Source of the DNA: an uncultured Solirubrobacteraceae bacterium
GTDB taxonomy: Bacteria > Actinomycetota > Thermoleophilia > Solirubrobacterales > Solirubrobacteraceae
Direction: 5' to 3'
NCBI GenBank assembly: GCA_963837485.1
Contig: CAWINP010000017.1
Location: forward strand, 21,885 to 85,884
DNA: 64,000 nucleotides
Each line of letters begins with the position of its first letter. The stretch's first letter is position 1. The position numbers were made by a program, and so were the translations under genes. Shown here piece after piece: positions 27,260 to 36,588 of this stretch. The notes beneath the pieces were generated by a model, which was given only the letters and a program-made list of their open reading frames with translations, was not told the origin of the DNA and did not search any database.

Positions 27260-29188
27260 TTACATCAACGCGCTGGTGCGGGGATCGAGCACGGTCGCCT
27301 CTACCCGCGAGGCGATGCTCTCGGCGGTGAAGCCGACCTCCTCGTGCAGCAGCGCCGGCGAGCCGTGCGTGACGTAGCGGTCGGGCAGCCCGACGCGCAG
27401 GATCCGCGGCGCCACGCCGCCGTCGCCGGCCAGCTCCTCCCAGACCGCGGAGCCGAAGCCGCCCATCAGCTGGCCCTCCTCAACTGTCACAAGGAGATCA
27501 TGCTCGGCCGCCAACCCTGCCAACAACGGAGCATCGAGCGGCTTCGCGAAGCGAGCGTCGGCGACCGTCACGTCGAGCCCACGCTCGGCGAGCAGCGCTG
27601 CCGCATCCAACGCCTTGCCCACGCCGGTGCCGTACCCGATCAGGGCGACCCGCTCGCCGTGGCGCAGGATCTCTCCGGTCCCCACCGCGATCAGCGACGG
27701 CGAGGAAGGCAGCTCCACGCCGACGGCCGTCCCGCGCGGATAGCGCAGCGCCGCCGGCCCCGGGATCTGCAGCGCGGTGTGGAGCATGTGGACGAGCATC
27801 GCCTCGTCGCGCGGCGCCATCAGCGTCAGGTTCGGCAGCGTCCGCAGGTAGGCGATGTCGAACACGCCGTGGTGCGTCGGGCCGTCGTCGCCGACCAGGC
27901 CGGCACGGTCCATCGCGAAGGTGACCGGCAGCTTCTGCAGGCAGACGTCGTGGACGATCTGGTCGAACGCGCGCTGCAGGAACGTCGAATAGATCGCCGC
28001 CACCGGGCGCATCCCCGACAGCGCGAGACCCGCCGCGAAGAGGATCGCCTGCTGCTCGGCGATCCCCACGTCGAAGTAGCGGTCGGGCATCGCCTTTTGA
28101 AGGATCGAAAGGCCGGTGCCGGAGTTCATCGCCGCGGTGATGCCGATCACGCGCGGATCGCGCTCGCACTCGCGCACCATCGCCTCGCCGAACACCTGCG
28201 TGTACTGCGGCGGCGCGGGAGCCGACGGCTTGGAGGCGGGAGCTGGGCGCCGCTGGGCGATCGAGTTCGGCTTGGCGGCATGCCACTTCTCCATGCCCTC
28301 GAGGCCGCCCTCCTCGGCGGGTGCGAAGCCCTTGCCCTTGACCGTGGCGCAGTGGATCACCACCGGGCGCTCGGCCTCGAACGCCGAGCGCAGCGCGCGG
28401 CGCAGCGCCTTGACGTCGTGACCGTCGATGACGCCCATGTAGGCCCAGTCGAGCTCCTCCCACCACAGGCCCGGAGCCCAGAACGCCTTCACGGACTCCT
28501 TCAGCCGCGGCCCCAACCGCTCGAAGGCCGCGCCGATGCCCGCGGGAAGCTTGGTCAGCCTCTCCTCGACGCCCTCGCGCGCCTCCCACAGCCCCGGGTC
28601 CAGTCTCACCCGGTTCAGGTACCGCGACAGCGCGCCAACATTGGGCGAGATCGACATCCCGTTGTCGTTGAGGATCACGACGATCGGCGTCCCGAGCCCG
28701 CCGGCCTGCGACACGGCCTCGAACGCCACGCCGCCGGTCATCGCGCCGTCGCCGACCACCGAGACGACCTTGCCGTCCGCCACGCCCTCGCGCAGCATCG
28801 CCTCCTTGATGCCGACCGCGTAGCCGATCGCGGTCGAGGCATGGCCGGCGCCCATGATGTCGTGCTCGGACTCGGCACGGGAGCAGAACGGCGCCAGGCC
28901 GCCGTACTTGCGGATCGTCGCGATCTCGTCGCGACGGCCGGTCAGCACCTTGTGCGGGTACGCCTGGTGGCCCACGTCCCACAGGACCTTGTCGCGCGGG
29001 GAGTCCAGCAGCGAGTGCACGGCGACGGCGATCTCGCACGCGCCCAAGTTGGCGCCGAAATGCCCACCGATCTCCCCCACCGTGTCGATCAGCAGCTCGC
29101 GGACCTCCTGCGCCACCTGCTGGAGCTCTTCGTCGTTGAGCCCGTGCAGGTCCTGCGGGCGATCGATGTGGTCGAGGAGTGAAGTCAT
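27260..29188 (-). CDS. dxs: 1-deoxy-D-xylulose-5-phosphate synthase
   Basis: Motifs 'GGHFGANLG', 'WDVGHQAYPHK', 'GDGAMTGG...NDN', 'DVGIAEQ' and 'DRAGLVGDDGPTHHG'. Confidence 0.97.
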   Translation of the reverse strand: MTSLLDHIDRPQDLHGLNDEELQQVAQEVRELLIDTVGEIGGHFGANLGACEIAVAVHSLLDSPRDKVLWDVGHQAYPHKVLTGRRDEIATIRKYGGLAPFCSRAESEHDIMGAGHASTAIGYAVGIKEAMLREGVADGKVVSVVGDGAMTGGVAFEAVSQAGGLGTPIVVILNDNGMSISPNVGALSRYLNRVRLDPGLWEAREGVEERLTKLPAGIGAAFERLGPRLKESVKAFWAPGLWWEELDWAYMGVIDGHDVKALRRALRSAFEAERPVVIHCATVKGKGFAPAEEGGLEGMEKWHAAKPNSIAQRRPAPASKPSAPAPPQYTQVFGEAMVRECERDPRVIGITAAMNSGTGLSILQKAMPDRYFDVGIAEQQAILFAAGLALSGMRPVAAIYSTFLQRAFDQIVHDVCLQKLPVTFAMDRAGLVGDDGPTHHGVFDIAYLRTLPNLTLMAPRDEAMLVHMLHTALQIPGPAALRYPRGTAVGVELPSSPSLIAVGTGEILRHGERVALIGYGTGVGKALDAAALLAERGLDVTVADARFAKPLDAPLLAGLAAEHDLLVTVEEGQLMGGFGSAVWEELAGDGGVAPRILRVGLPDRYVTHGSPALLHEEVGFTAESIASRVEATVLDPRTSALM

Positions 29189-30054
29189 GAAGTCCGAGTC
29201 GAGATGAAGTCCGTCACGTGGGCGAGCTCGTCGGCCCCCGGCGGGAGCGCTGCTTGCGCCTTGCGATGCGACTCCGCCGCCATCGCGCGGGCGCCGTCGA
29301 GGCCGTAGCGGCTCACGTATGTGACCTTGCCGTGGCGCTCATCGCTCCCCCGCGGCTTGCCGAGAGCCATATCGGTCCCCGTCACGTCGAGGATGTCGTC
29401 GACGATCTGGAACAAGACCCCCAGCTCACTGGCGAACGCACGGAAAGACGGCAGTGTAGTGGAGCGGACTGAGTCGTCCGCGAGCAGGACGACGCATTCG
29501 ACCGACGCGCCGATCAGCCGGCCGGTCTTGAGCTCGTGCAGCCGGCGCAGCTCCGCGCCGCCGTCCTCCACCAGGCCCTTCACGTCGATGAACTGCCCGC
29601 CGACCATGCCGTCTACCCCCGACGCGGCGGCCAGCTCGCCGACCGCGGCCAGCACGCGGCGCGGCTCGCCCGCCTGCTCGGCGATCACGTGCCGGAAGGC
29701 CTCGGCGTACAGCGCGTCGCCGGCCAGGATCGCGATGTCCTCGCCGTAGCGGACATGGCTCGTGGGGCGGCCTCGGCGGAGCGCGTCGTCGTCCATCGCC
29801 GGCAGATCGTCGTGGATCAGCGAGTAGGTGTGGATGAGCTCGATCGCCGCCGCCAGCGGGAGCACGGACGCGGGATCCATGCCGATCGCCTGCGCGGTGG
29901 CCAGCGCCAGCACCGGGCGGATGCGCTTGCCGCCGCCGAGCAGGCTGTAGCGCATCGCCTCCTCCAGGCCGTCGGTCGCGGGCTCGCGCGAGAACCGCAG
30001 CGCCTCGAGGTAGGCCTCGATCTGCGTGCGGAGGTGCTCCGGGTAGGCGCTCAC
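29185..30054 (-). CDS. ispA: Polyprenyl (farnesyl/geranylgeranyl) diphosphate synthase
   Basis: 'GGKRIRP', FARM 'HDDLPAMDDD..RRG', SARM 'FQIVDDILD'. Confidence 0.9.
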   Translation of the reverse strand: MSAYPEHLRTQIEAYLEALRFSREPATDGLEEAMRYSLLGGGKRIRPVLALATAQAIGMDPASVLPLAAAIELIHTYSLIHDDLPAMDDDALRRGRPTSHVRYGEDIAILAGDALYAEAFRHVIAEQAGEPRRVLAAVGELAAASGVDGMVGGQFIDVKGLVEDGGAELRRLHELKTGRLIGASVECVVLLADDSVRSTTLPSFRAFASELGVLFQIVDDILDVTGTDMALGKPRGSDERHGKVTYVSRYGLDGARAMAAESHRKAQAALPPGADELAHVTDFISTRTS

Positions 30055-30245
30055 GAAGGGAGCGCGAGCTGCCCTGGCGCCTCGGCGCGGACCTGCCGAT
30101 CCAGCTCGGCGCCCGCTTCGGAGGCGATCCGCGCGCACTCCTCCACGAGGGCGGCGGCTCGGTCAGGCGGGAGCTCGCCGGCGCGCAGGGTGGCGGCGGC
30201 GTGCTCAAGGCGCTCGATCAGTCGCTCGAGGGACTCAGGCGGCAT
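30051..30245 (-). CDS. Exodeoxyribonuclease VII small subunit-like protein
   Basis: A 64-aa helical protein 'LERLIERLE...L..GEL....A..L.EE' directly upstream of ispA-dxs, the usual xseB position. Confidence 0.6.
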   Translation of the reverse strand: MPPESLERLIERLEHAAATLRAGELPPDRAAALVEECARIASEAGAELDRQVRAEAPGQLALPS

Positions 30246-30285
30246 CGCGGGTGCATTCTGTCAGCGCGGGAGGCCGAACGGGGAG

Positions 30286-30693
30286 CTACACCGTTCCGGC
30301 GCCGCGCCGCTCGCGCAGGGCGGCCGCGAGGATGCCGTTCACGAAGCCCGGCGCCTCGGCGCCGCAGAAGGCCTTGGCGGTCTCCACCGCCTCGTCGATC
30401 GCGCCCTCGGGCGGGATCGGCCGCTCGCCCTCGATCAGCTCGGGATGGACCATCTCCAGCAGCGCCACGCGCAGGATCGCGCGCTCCAGCGGGGCAATCC
30501 GGTCGATCGTCCAGTTGTGCGCGTGCCGCTCGATGTACGGGTCGAGCTCGTCCGCGAGATCCTCCGTCGCGTGCGCGAGCGCGCGCGTGAAGGAGGCCGC
30601 CCCGGGCTCGAACAGGTCGTCCAGCGGCCGCCGCGTGAGGTCGTGCTGGTAAAGCGCGAACACGGCCGCGCGCCGCTGCTCGGACCTACGCAC
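30286..30693 (-). CDS. nusB: Transcription antitermination factor NusB
   Basis: '[15 protein letters not shown]', 'IDEAVETAK', 'FVNGIL'. It follows efp. Confidence 0.93.
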   Translation of the reverse strand: MRRSEQRRAAVFALYQHDLTRRPLDDLFEPGAASFTRALAHATEDLADELDPYIERHAHNWTIDRIAPLERAILRVALLEMVHPELIEGERPIPPEGAIDEAVETAKAFCGAEAPGFVNGILAAALRERRGAGTV

Positions 30694-31246
30694 GCGACAT
30701 GTACGACCCTGAGCGAGTGTCCACCTTCACCCGGTCACCGATGTTGACGAAGAGCGGGACATTCACCGTCGCGCCGGTCTCCAGCGTGGCCGGCTTGTTG
30801 CCGCCCCCGGAGGCGGTATCGCCGCGCACGCCCGGCTCGGTGTGCGTGACCTCGAGCTCGACCGACGCCGAGAGCTGGATGTCCGCCGGCTCGCCGTCGA
30901 TGTAGAGCATGTCGACGGTCTCGTTGGGCCTGACCCACTTCAGCGGCTCGGCCACCCCGGTCTCCGGCAGCGCGATCTGCTCGTAGGACTCCTCGTCCAT
31001 GAAGTGCGCGTCGGTGCCGTCGGCGTAGAGGAACTGCATCTTGCGCGCCTCGGTGTGGATCGGCCGGAACTTCTCGCCGGCCCGGAACGTGCGGTCGATC
31101 ACGGCGCCGTCGGCGGCCCGGCGCAGCTTCGTGCGTACGAACGCTCCGCCCTTGCCCGGCTTGACGTGCTGGAACTCGAGGATCTTGAAGACGGTCCCCT
31201 CGACCTCGATGTGATTTCCGTTCTTGAACTGGTTGGTGCTGATCAT
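30686..31246 (-). CDS. efp: Elongation factor P
   Basis: Motifs '[15 protein letters not shown]', 'PGVRGDT' and 'KPATLETG...VPLF'. Confidence 0.97.
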   Translation of the reverse strand: MISTNQFKNGNHIEVEGTVFKILEFQHVKPGKGGAFVRTKLRRAADGAVIDRTFRAGEKFRPIHTEARKMQFLYADGTDAHFMDEESYEQIALPETGVAEPLKWVRPNETVDMLYIDGEPADIQLSASVELEVTHTEPGVRGDTASGGGNKPATLETGATVNVPLFVNIGDRVKVDTRSGSYMSRA

Positions 31247-31290
31247 GTCCAGCGCTCAGTCTAGGGCCGCGCCCGAGGGCGGGGGTTGCG

Positions 31291-31320
31291 CTCAAGGCGG
31301 CGCGGGCGCGCATCCGATAC
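31291..31320 (+). promoter_or_regulatory. Possible sigma-28/WhiG-type promoter (variant)
   Basis: CTCAAG-N16-TCCGATAC upstream of the methyltransferase. It has one mismatch and a spacer 1 nt longer than the others. Confidence 0.45.
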
Positions 31321-31356
31321 CTGTCCGGATCCGTCAATGAGACTTCAGGTGCCCGC

Positions 31357-32205
31357 ATGACGACGAACGCCGTCGAGATGTACTCCGAGCTGCAGCGCAA
31401 CGCCTACGACGAGCGCTCGAAGAGCCGTGCCGACGCCGAGTTCATGGTTGCCGGGGCCGGCTACGCAGACGGGCGGATCCGCGCCGGCTACCAGGCGCAG
31501 TTCGTCATCAACGAGGCGCTCCGGCGGCGCCCGGACATCACCGCTCCGGTCGACCCGGGGATGCGGATCCTGGATTTTGGCTGCGGTGTCGGACGGGTGA
31601 TGGAGGCGGTCGCCGAGCTCGGCCTCGAGAACGTCGACGGGGTGGACATCAGCGCGGCGATGCTCGAGCACGCGTCCTCCAGCCCGCTGCTCGGCAAGTC
31701 GCGGTTCTGGGTCACCGACGGCCACGGCGCGGGCGGCGCGCCGGACGGCCACTACGACCTCGCGTACTCGTTCATCTGCATGCAGCACATCTCGATGCGC
31801 CAGACGCGCATCGACATCATCCGCTCGCTCGCGCGCGCCCTGAAGCCGGGCGGCACGCTGGTGCTCGAGCTCATGTACTACCCGTCCATCCTGTCCTCCC
31901 AGATCCCGCTCCCGCACGTCGCCTGGACGCAGAACCGCACGTCGACGGACACCAACAGCGGCGCCGACGTGTGGGTGACGCCGGACATGCTCGGCGAGGT
32001 CGCCGACGACATGCGGCTGTGCTTCCGCGACATCGCGCTGCAGGAGATCGACATGTGGGACGACATCGCGGTGCTGGGCCAGAGCGCCCGCTACCCGATG
32101 CGCCAGAACGTCCTGCTGGTGTCGGGCACCGTCGGACGCGTGCTCTCGGACCGCTACTTCGGCACCGAGACGCCGTACGCGGCCGGCGAGCCGATCAAGC
32201 GCTAG
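31357..32205 (+). CDS. Class I SAM-dependent methyltransferase
   Basis: Motifs 'ILDFGCGVGR', 'GVDISAAML' and 'LKPGG'. Confidence 0.88.
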   Translation: MTTNAVEMYSELQRNAYDERSKSRADAEFMVAGAGYADGRIRAGYQAQFVINEALRRRPDITAPVDPGMRILDFGCGVGRVMEAVAELGLENVDGVDISAAMLEHASSSPLLGKSRFWVTDGHGAGGAPDGHYDLAYSFICMQHISMRQTRIDIIRSLARALKPGGTLVLELMYYPSILSSQIPLPHVAWTQNRTSTDTNSGADVWVTPDMLGEVADDMRLCFRDIALQEIDMWDDIAVLGQSARYPMRQNVLLVSGTVGRVLSDRYFGTETPYAAGEPIKR

Positions 32206-32560
32206 CGAAGTAGCGGATCGCGCCGGCGACGTTGCCGCCGGGGTCGGCGAAGAAGATGAGCTCGCCGACGCCCGGGATCTCCGCCTTCTCCATCAGCAGG
32301 CGCCCCCCGTTCTCCACCACGGCGGCGGCGACCGCGTCGACGTCCTCGGCCTCGAAGGTGACCTCGAGCCCCGTGGTCGGCGCGTCCGCCAGCAGGTCGC
32401 GACGCTGCTGGACGGCGGCCACTCGCCCGGATGGCAGCTCGGCGCGGTGGAAGCCCGGCGCGTAGGCCTGGAAGCTCCAGCCGAACAGCGCCTCGTAGAA
32501 GCGCAGCGACGCCTCGACGTCGCCGGCGTTGATCGCGACATGGGCGATGTCTCCGTGCAT
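32195..32560 (-). CDS. VOC/glyoxalase family protein
   Basis: Motifs 'HVAINAGD...FYEALFGW' and 'FFADPGGN'. Confidence 0.85.
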   Translation of the reverse strand: MHGDIAHVAINAGDVEASLRFYEALFGWSFQAYAPGFHRAELPSGRVAAVQQRRDLLADAPTTGLEVTFEAEDVDAVAAAVVENGGRLLMEKAEIPGVGELIFFADPGGNVAGAIRYFASA

Positions 32561-32581
32561 GCGCGAATCTTCGCGCCAGTG

Positions 32582-33367
32582 ATGCGTCGCCGCATCCTGT
32601 TCGCGCTCGCCACGAGCCCCGCATTCGAGCGCGTCGCCCCCAAGCGGCGCGCCTGGCGCTCCGCGCGCCGCTACGTCGCCGGCGAGACGCTCCAGGACGC
32701 GATCGCCACCGTGCGGCGCCTCCGCGCGGCCGGCTTCGATTCCAGCGTCGACCTGTTCGGCGAGCGCGGGCGGCCCCAGAATGCTCACGAGGTCGCGCGC
32801 GAGTACGAGCTGCTGTGCGAGGCACTCGCACCCGAGGCCGACGCATGGGTCTCGCTCGACCTCTCCCACATCGCCTTTGACGCGCGGATCCTCGATCGCA
32901 TCGCTGCGGCGGTGCCGCCCGGCCGGCGCCTCCAGGTCGGCGCCGAGGAAGCCGCCGTCACCGACCGGGTGCTCGACGCGGTGATCGAGGCCGCCCGGCG
33001 CGGCCGGCCGGTGGAGGCTACGGTCCAGGCCAACCTCAGGCGCTCACCGCAGGACGCGATGCGGCTCGACGCCGAGGGCGTTCCGATCCGGCTCGTCAAG
33101 GGCGCCTACGTCGAGCGCAACGCCCACCCGTGGGGCCCGGCCACCGACCATGCCTACGCCGAGCTCGCGCGCCGCCATCCGGACGCCGCGCTCGCGACCC
33201 ACGACGAAGCACTGCTCGCCTCCCTCCCTCACGCGCGTGTCGAGCACCTGCTCGGGATCGGCCCCGCCACCCCGCGCCCGGGCCGGCGCACGCGCGTCTA
33301 CGTCCCGTACGGGCGCGACTGGTTCCGTTACTTCATGCGCCGCCGCGCCGAAGCACAGGGCGCATGA
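32582..33367 (+). CDS. Proline dehydrogenase family protein (compact)
   Basis: Motifs 'RYVAGETL', 'QANLRRS', 'RLVKGAY', 'ATHD' and 'RVYVPYG..W..YFMRR'. Confidence 0.8.
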   Translation: MRRRILFALATSPAFERVAPKRRAWRSARRYVAGETLQDAIATVRRLRAAGFDSSVDLFGERGRPQNAHEVAREYELLCEALAPEADAWVSLDLSHIAFDARILDRIAAAVPPGRRLQVGAEEAAVTDRVLDAVIEAARRGRPVEATVQANLRRSPQDAMRLDAEGVPIRLVKGAYVERNAHPWGPATDHAYAELARRHPDAALATHDEALLASLPHARVEHLLGIGPATPRPGRRTRVYVPYGRDWFRYFMRRRAEAQGA

Positions 33368-33380
33368 GGGCCTTGACAGG

Positions 33381-33399
33381 TCGTTGACAATGTCAACGA
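33381..33399. promoter_or_regulatory. Palindromic operator, likely MarR autoregulation site
   Basis: TCGTTGACA-A-TGTCAACGA, a perfect inverted repeat 1 nt before the ATG of the MarR-GNAT gene. Confidence 0.65.
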
Positions 33400-33400
33400 T

Positions 33401-34300
33401 ATGGCCGCCGCCGAGCGCATCGACGCCGTCCGCGCGTTCAACCGCTTCTACACCCGCCGCCTCGGGCTCGTGCGCGGCGGCCTGGTCAAGACCCCGCATC
33501 CGCTCGCCGAGGCGCGCGTGCTGTACGAGCTCGGCCGCAACGGGCCGGCAGAGACGTCCGCGTTGCGCTCCACCCTCGACGTCGACGCGGGCCAGCTGAG
33601 CCGCCTGCTCGCCCGCCTGGAGGCCGAAGGGCTGCTTGCGCGCGAGCCGTCGCCCGGCGACGCCCGCCGCCGCCGCGTGAAGCTCACGCCACACGGCGAG
33701 GAGGCGTTCGCGACGCTCGACCGCCGCACCGTCGAGCAGGTCGGCGAGCTGCTCGATGCGCTGCCGGAGGCGAGCCAGGAGCGCCTGATCGAGGCGCTCG
33801 GCGACGTGCGGGACGCGCTGGAGCCCCGTGGCGCCGTCACCCTGCGCGGCCCCCGGCCGGGCGACCTCGGCTGGCTCGTCGAGCGCCACGGCGTGCTGTA
33901 CGCGCGCGAGTACGGCTGGGACGAGAGCTTCGAGCGCCTGGTGGCGGGCATCGCCGCGGCCTTCGACCCGGCCGCCGACCGCGCCTGGATCGCCGAGCTC
34001 GACGGCCGCCGGGCCGGCTGCGTGCTGTGCGTCCACCACGACGCGCAGACCGCAAAGCTGCGCACGCTGCTGGTGGAGCCCGAGGCGCGCGGCCACGGCA
34101 TCGGCGCCCGCCTGGTCGACGCGGTGATCGCCCACGCCCGCGAGCGCGGCTACGCCGAGCTGACGCTGTGGACGAACGACATCCTCACCTCCGCCCGCCG
34201 GATCTACGAGCGCGCCGGCTTCACCCTCGTCAGCCAGGCCGCACACCGCGCGTTCGGTCACGACCTCGTCGAGCAGACGTGGTCGCTTCGGGTTCGTTGA
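33401..34300 (+). CDS. MarR HTH - GNAT acetyltransferase fusion
   Basis: MarR part 'RAFNRFYT...EARVLYEL...DARRRRVKLT'; GNAT part 'LRTLLVEPEARGHGIG...ARRIYERAGF'. Confidence 0.9.
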   Translation: MAAAERIDAVRAFNRFYTRRLGLVRGGLVKTPHPLAEARVLYELGRNGPAETSALRSTLDVDAGQLSRLLARLEAEGLLAREPSPGDARRRRVKLTPHGEEAFATLDRRTVEQVGELLDALPEASQERLIEALGDVRDALEPRGAVTLRGPRPGDLGWLVERHGVLYAREYGWDESFERLVAGIAAAFDPAADRAWIAELDGRRAGCVLCVHHDAQTAKLRTLLVEPEARGHGIGARLVDAVIAHARERGYAELTLWTNDILTSARRIYERAGFTLVSQAAHRAFGHDLVEQTWSLRVR

Positions 34301-34450
34301 AGAATGGTCGGTCCGACCGATGTGGCGCAGCCGTGGATGCCTCGGGCCGCACGCGACAGTGATGCGTGCACCCGCACGTGAGCGTTGCGGGTGGGTCGGG
34401 GCGCCGCGGATGCGCCGCAGCGGACGTACCGGAATTCTTCAACGGAGCCG
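34289..34450. mobile_element. Putative MITE-like element with 17-bp imperfect terminal inverted repeats
   Basis: Left end CGGGTTCGTTGAAGAAT, right end ATTCTTCAACGGAGCCG (15/17 match). The interior has no convincing ORF. Confidence 0.5.
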
Positions 34451-34463
34451 TACGCTCTAAGGC

Positions 34464-34982
34464 ATGGACCGCGACCAGCTCCGTGCGCTGCAGGCGCCGC
34501 TGAAAGACCAGTACAAGACCGACCCGGACGCCGCGCTGATCACGCTCTCGGCCAAGGGCAACCTCGGCGAGGGGATCTCGTGCTCGGTCGACACCGGCCG
34601 GGCGCTCGCCGAGGCCGGGCTGCATCCCGCGACGGGCGGCGACGGGTCGCTGCTGTGCTCGGGCGACATGCTGCTGGAGGCGCTTGTCGCGTGCGCCGGC
34701 GTGACGCTGCGCGCGGTGGCGACGTCGCTCGGCGTCGACGTCGCGGGCGGCCGCGTCTACGCCGACGGCGACCTCGACTTCCGCGGCACGCTCGCCGTCG
34801 ACCGCGAGGCGCCGGTCGGGTTCCGCGACATCCGCCTGCGCTTCGAGCTCGACACCGACGCCGACGACGAGCAGCTCGCCAGCCTGCTCAAGCTGACCGA
34901 GCGCTACTGCGTCGTCTACCAGACGCTCGCCAGCGGCCCGGGCCTCGACGTCACGCTCGAGCGCGCCGCCGCGACCGCGTAG
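34464..34982 (+). CDS. OsmC family protein
   Basis: 'CSGDMLLEALVACAG', 'GDLDFRG' and 'ERYCVVYQTL', with the two conserved Cys. Confidence 0.9.
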   Translation: MDRDQLRALQAPLKDQYKTDPDAALITLSAKGNLGEGISCSVDTGRALAEAGLHPATGGDGSLLCSGDMLLEALVACAGVTLRAVATSLGVDVAGGRVYADGDLDFRGTLAVDREAPVGFRDIRLRFELDTDADDEQLASLLKLTERYCVVYQTLASGPGLDVTLERAAATA

Positions 34983-34986
34983 AACG

Positions 34987-35017
34987 CCGAGGGCCCGCCG
35001 GTGTGGCGGGCCCTCGG
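34987..35017. terminator. Hairpin terminator between convergent genes
   Basis: CCGAGGGCCCGCC-GGTGT-GGCGGGCCCTCGG, a 13-bp stem. Confidence 0.75.
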
Positions 35018-35043
35018 GTCCTGCGCGCTGAACTGGGAGGAGG

Positions 35044-36579
35044 TCAGTTCAGGATGTGGGGCTTCCACTCCGCGTCGAACGGCGGGAATGCGTAGCCGAG
35101 GTTCGGGTGGCGCTGGCAGGTCCGCGAGTTCTCGTCGGGCAGGCAGGGGTTGAAGGGGTTCACGTAGGTCTTGCGCGGGACATCCGGGAGCGCCGGGCTG
35201 ACGCCGACGTGGCAGTTGCCCTGGATGTCCTCGGCACCGGACGCCATGTTGCGGCTCAGCTCCATGATGTTCGGAACGTCGTCGAAGTCCTGGTCGTCGG
35301 CACCGTCGAGGATGCCGTCGCCGTCGCTGTCGCCGTCGACGGGGCTGGTGCCCGGGTACGTGATTGGGTAGGGCGCCTCGATGGAGTAGCAGCCCTCCCA
35401 GTACTCGGGCGACATGCGCCCGTTGGTCTCGTCGTAGTTCGTGAGGCCGTCGGCGTCCTCGTCGCGCTCGTCGTCGGAGACGTAGGGGTCGTTGTCGAGA
35501 TTCCAGTACGTGGCCTCCGACCACCGCTGCTTGGCCGTCGGCACGAGCGAGCCGTCACGGTTGGCGTCGAAGAGGTCGCGCGCGACCCGGTTGTGGCCAT
35601 CCGGACTCACGTCGAAGATCAACGGATGCCCGAAGCCGCGCAGGTCGGCCCAGGCCCGGAACGTCTGTGGCGGCGTATACGCGGCCACCGTCATGTAAGG
35701 CACACGCCGGCCGGTGCCGTTCTCCAGCGTCGAGAGCGAGTACTGCGCGCCGTCGGAGTACGAGAGCGGGCTGAGCGTACGCGTGGCGCTGTGATTCACC
35801 TGGTAGGTGTAGCGCCACAGCGCCTGCTCCTCAGCCAGGGTGAGGCCGTCGCCGTCATAGTCGGTGTTGGCGTCCGGGTAGAGCGGGTTCGGATACGGCC
35901 GCTTCTCCGGATACGGAGTGATCTCGTTGGGCTCTTGATAGTCGTCGTTGTTGAGGTCCAGCGCGGACTGGTACTCATACCCGTCCTCGACGCCGTCGCC
36001 GTCGGTGTCCGGCGAGCACGTATTGAGCTTCAGCGAGGTCTCCTGGACGTCGCTCAGCAGGTCGTTGTCGTCGTCGGTGTCGACGCCGTTCTTGACGCCA
36101 TCGCCGTCGCAGTCGCCGGAGGCGTCCGTGTTGGCCTTGCTCCCATCGTCCTTCGGCTGCTCCGGGCCGATCAGCGGCGAGCGGGAGACCGAGGTGTAGG
36201 CCTTGCCCAGGCGCGAGCTCAGCACGCGCAGGCGGAACCGCGTCGGAGCCGGCTGCCCGGCCTTGATCGCCATGTACTTCTCGAGCGCCTTGGGGATCAC
36301 GACCTGCAGCTTGCGCGTCGTGCTCACGTCGGCCCTGACGAGCAGGGACTTGCCCCGGTCGCGCTTGAACCAGACGCTGTTCTTCCCCTTGCCGCGGGTG
36401 AAGTACTTTCCTTTGATGGTGAGCGTCTTGCCGACGTAGGTCGTCTTGGGAGCGACCTTCGAAATCGTCGGAGTGTGCTTGGTGGCCGCGCCCGCCGTGG
36501 CGGGCACGAAGAGCGCACCCAGCGCGGCCGTCAAGGCGGCGCGGCGCAGCTGCTGGCGGGTTCGGGATCGAAGTTCCAT
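35044..36579 (-). CDS. Secreted protein with IPT/TIG-like domain and DxDxDG Ca-binding (TSP3-like) repeats
   Basis: Signal peptide, 'PTISKVAP...GKTLTIKG', and repeats DCDGDG, DTDGDG, DYDGDG, DEDADG, DSDGDG. Confidence 0.75.
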   Translation of the reverse strand: MELRSRTRQQLRRAALTAALGALFVPATAGAATKHTPTISKVAPKTTYVGKTLTIKGKYFTRGKGKNSVWFKRDRGKSLLVRADVSTTRKLQVVIPKALEKYMAIKAGQPAPTRFRLRVLSSRLGKAYTSVSRSPLIGPEQPKDDGSKANTDASGDCDGDGVKNGVDTDDDNDLLSDVQETSLKLNTCSPDTDGDGVEDGYEYQSALDLNNDDYQEPNEITPYPEKRPYPNPLYPDANTDYDGDGLTLAEEQALWRYTYQVNHSATRTLSPLSYSDGAQYSLSTLENGTGRRVPYMTVAAYTPPQTFRAWADLRGFGHPLIFDVSPDGHNRVARDLFDANRDGSLVPTAKQRWSEATYWNLDNDPYVSDDERDEDADGLTNYDETNGRMSPEYWEGCYSIEAPYPITYPGTSPVDGDSDGDGILDGADDQDFDDVPNIMELSRNMASGAEDIQGNCHVGVSPALPDVPRKTYVNPFNPCLPDENSRTCQRHPNLGYAFPPFDAEWKPHILN

Positions 36580-36588
36580 CGATACCCG

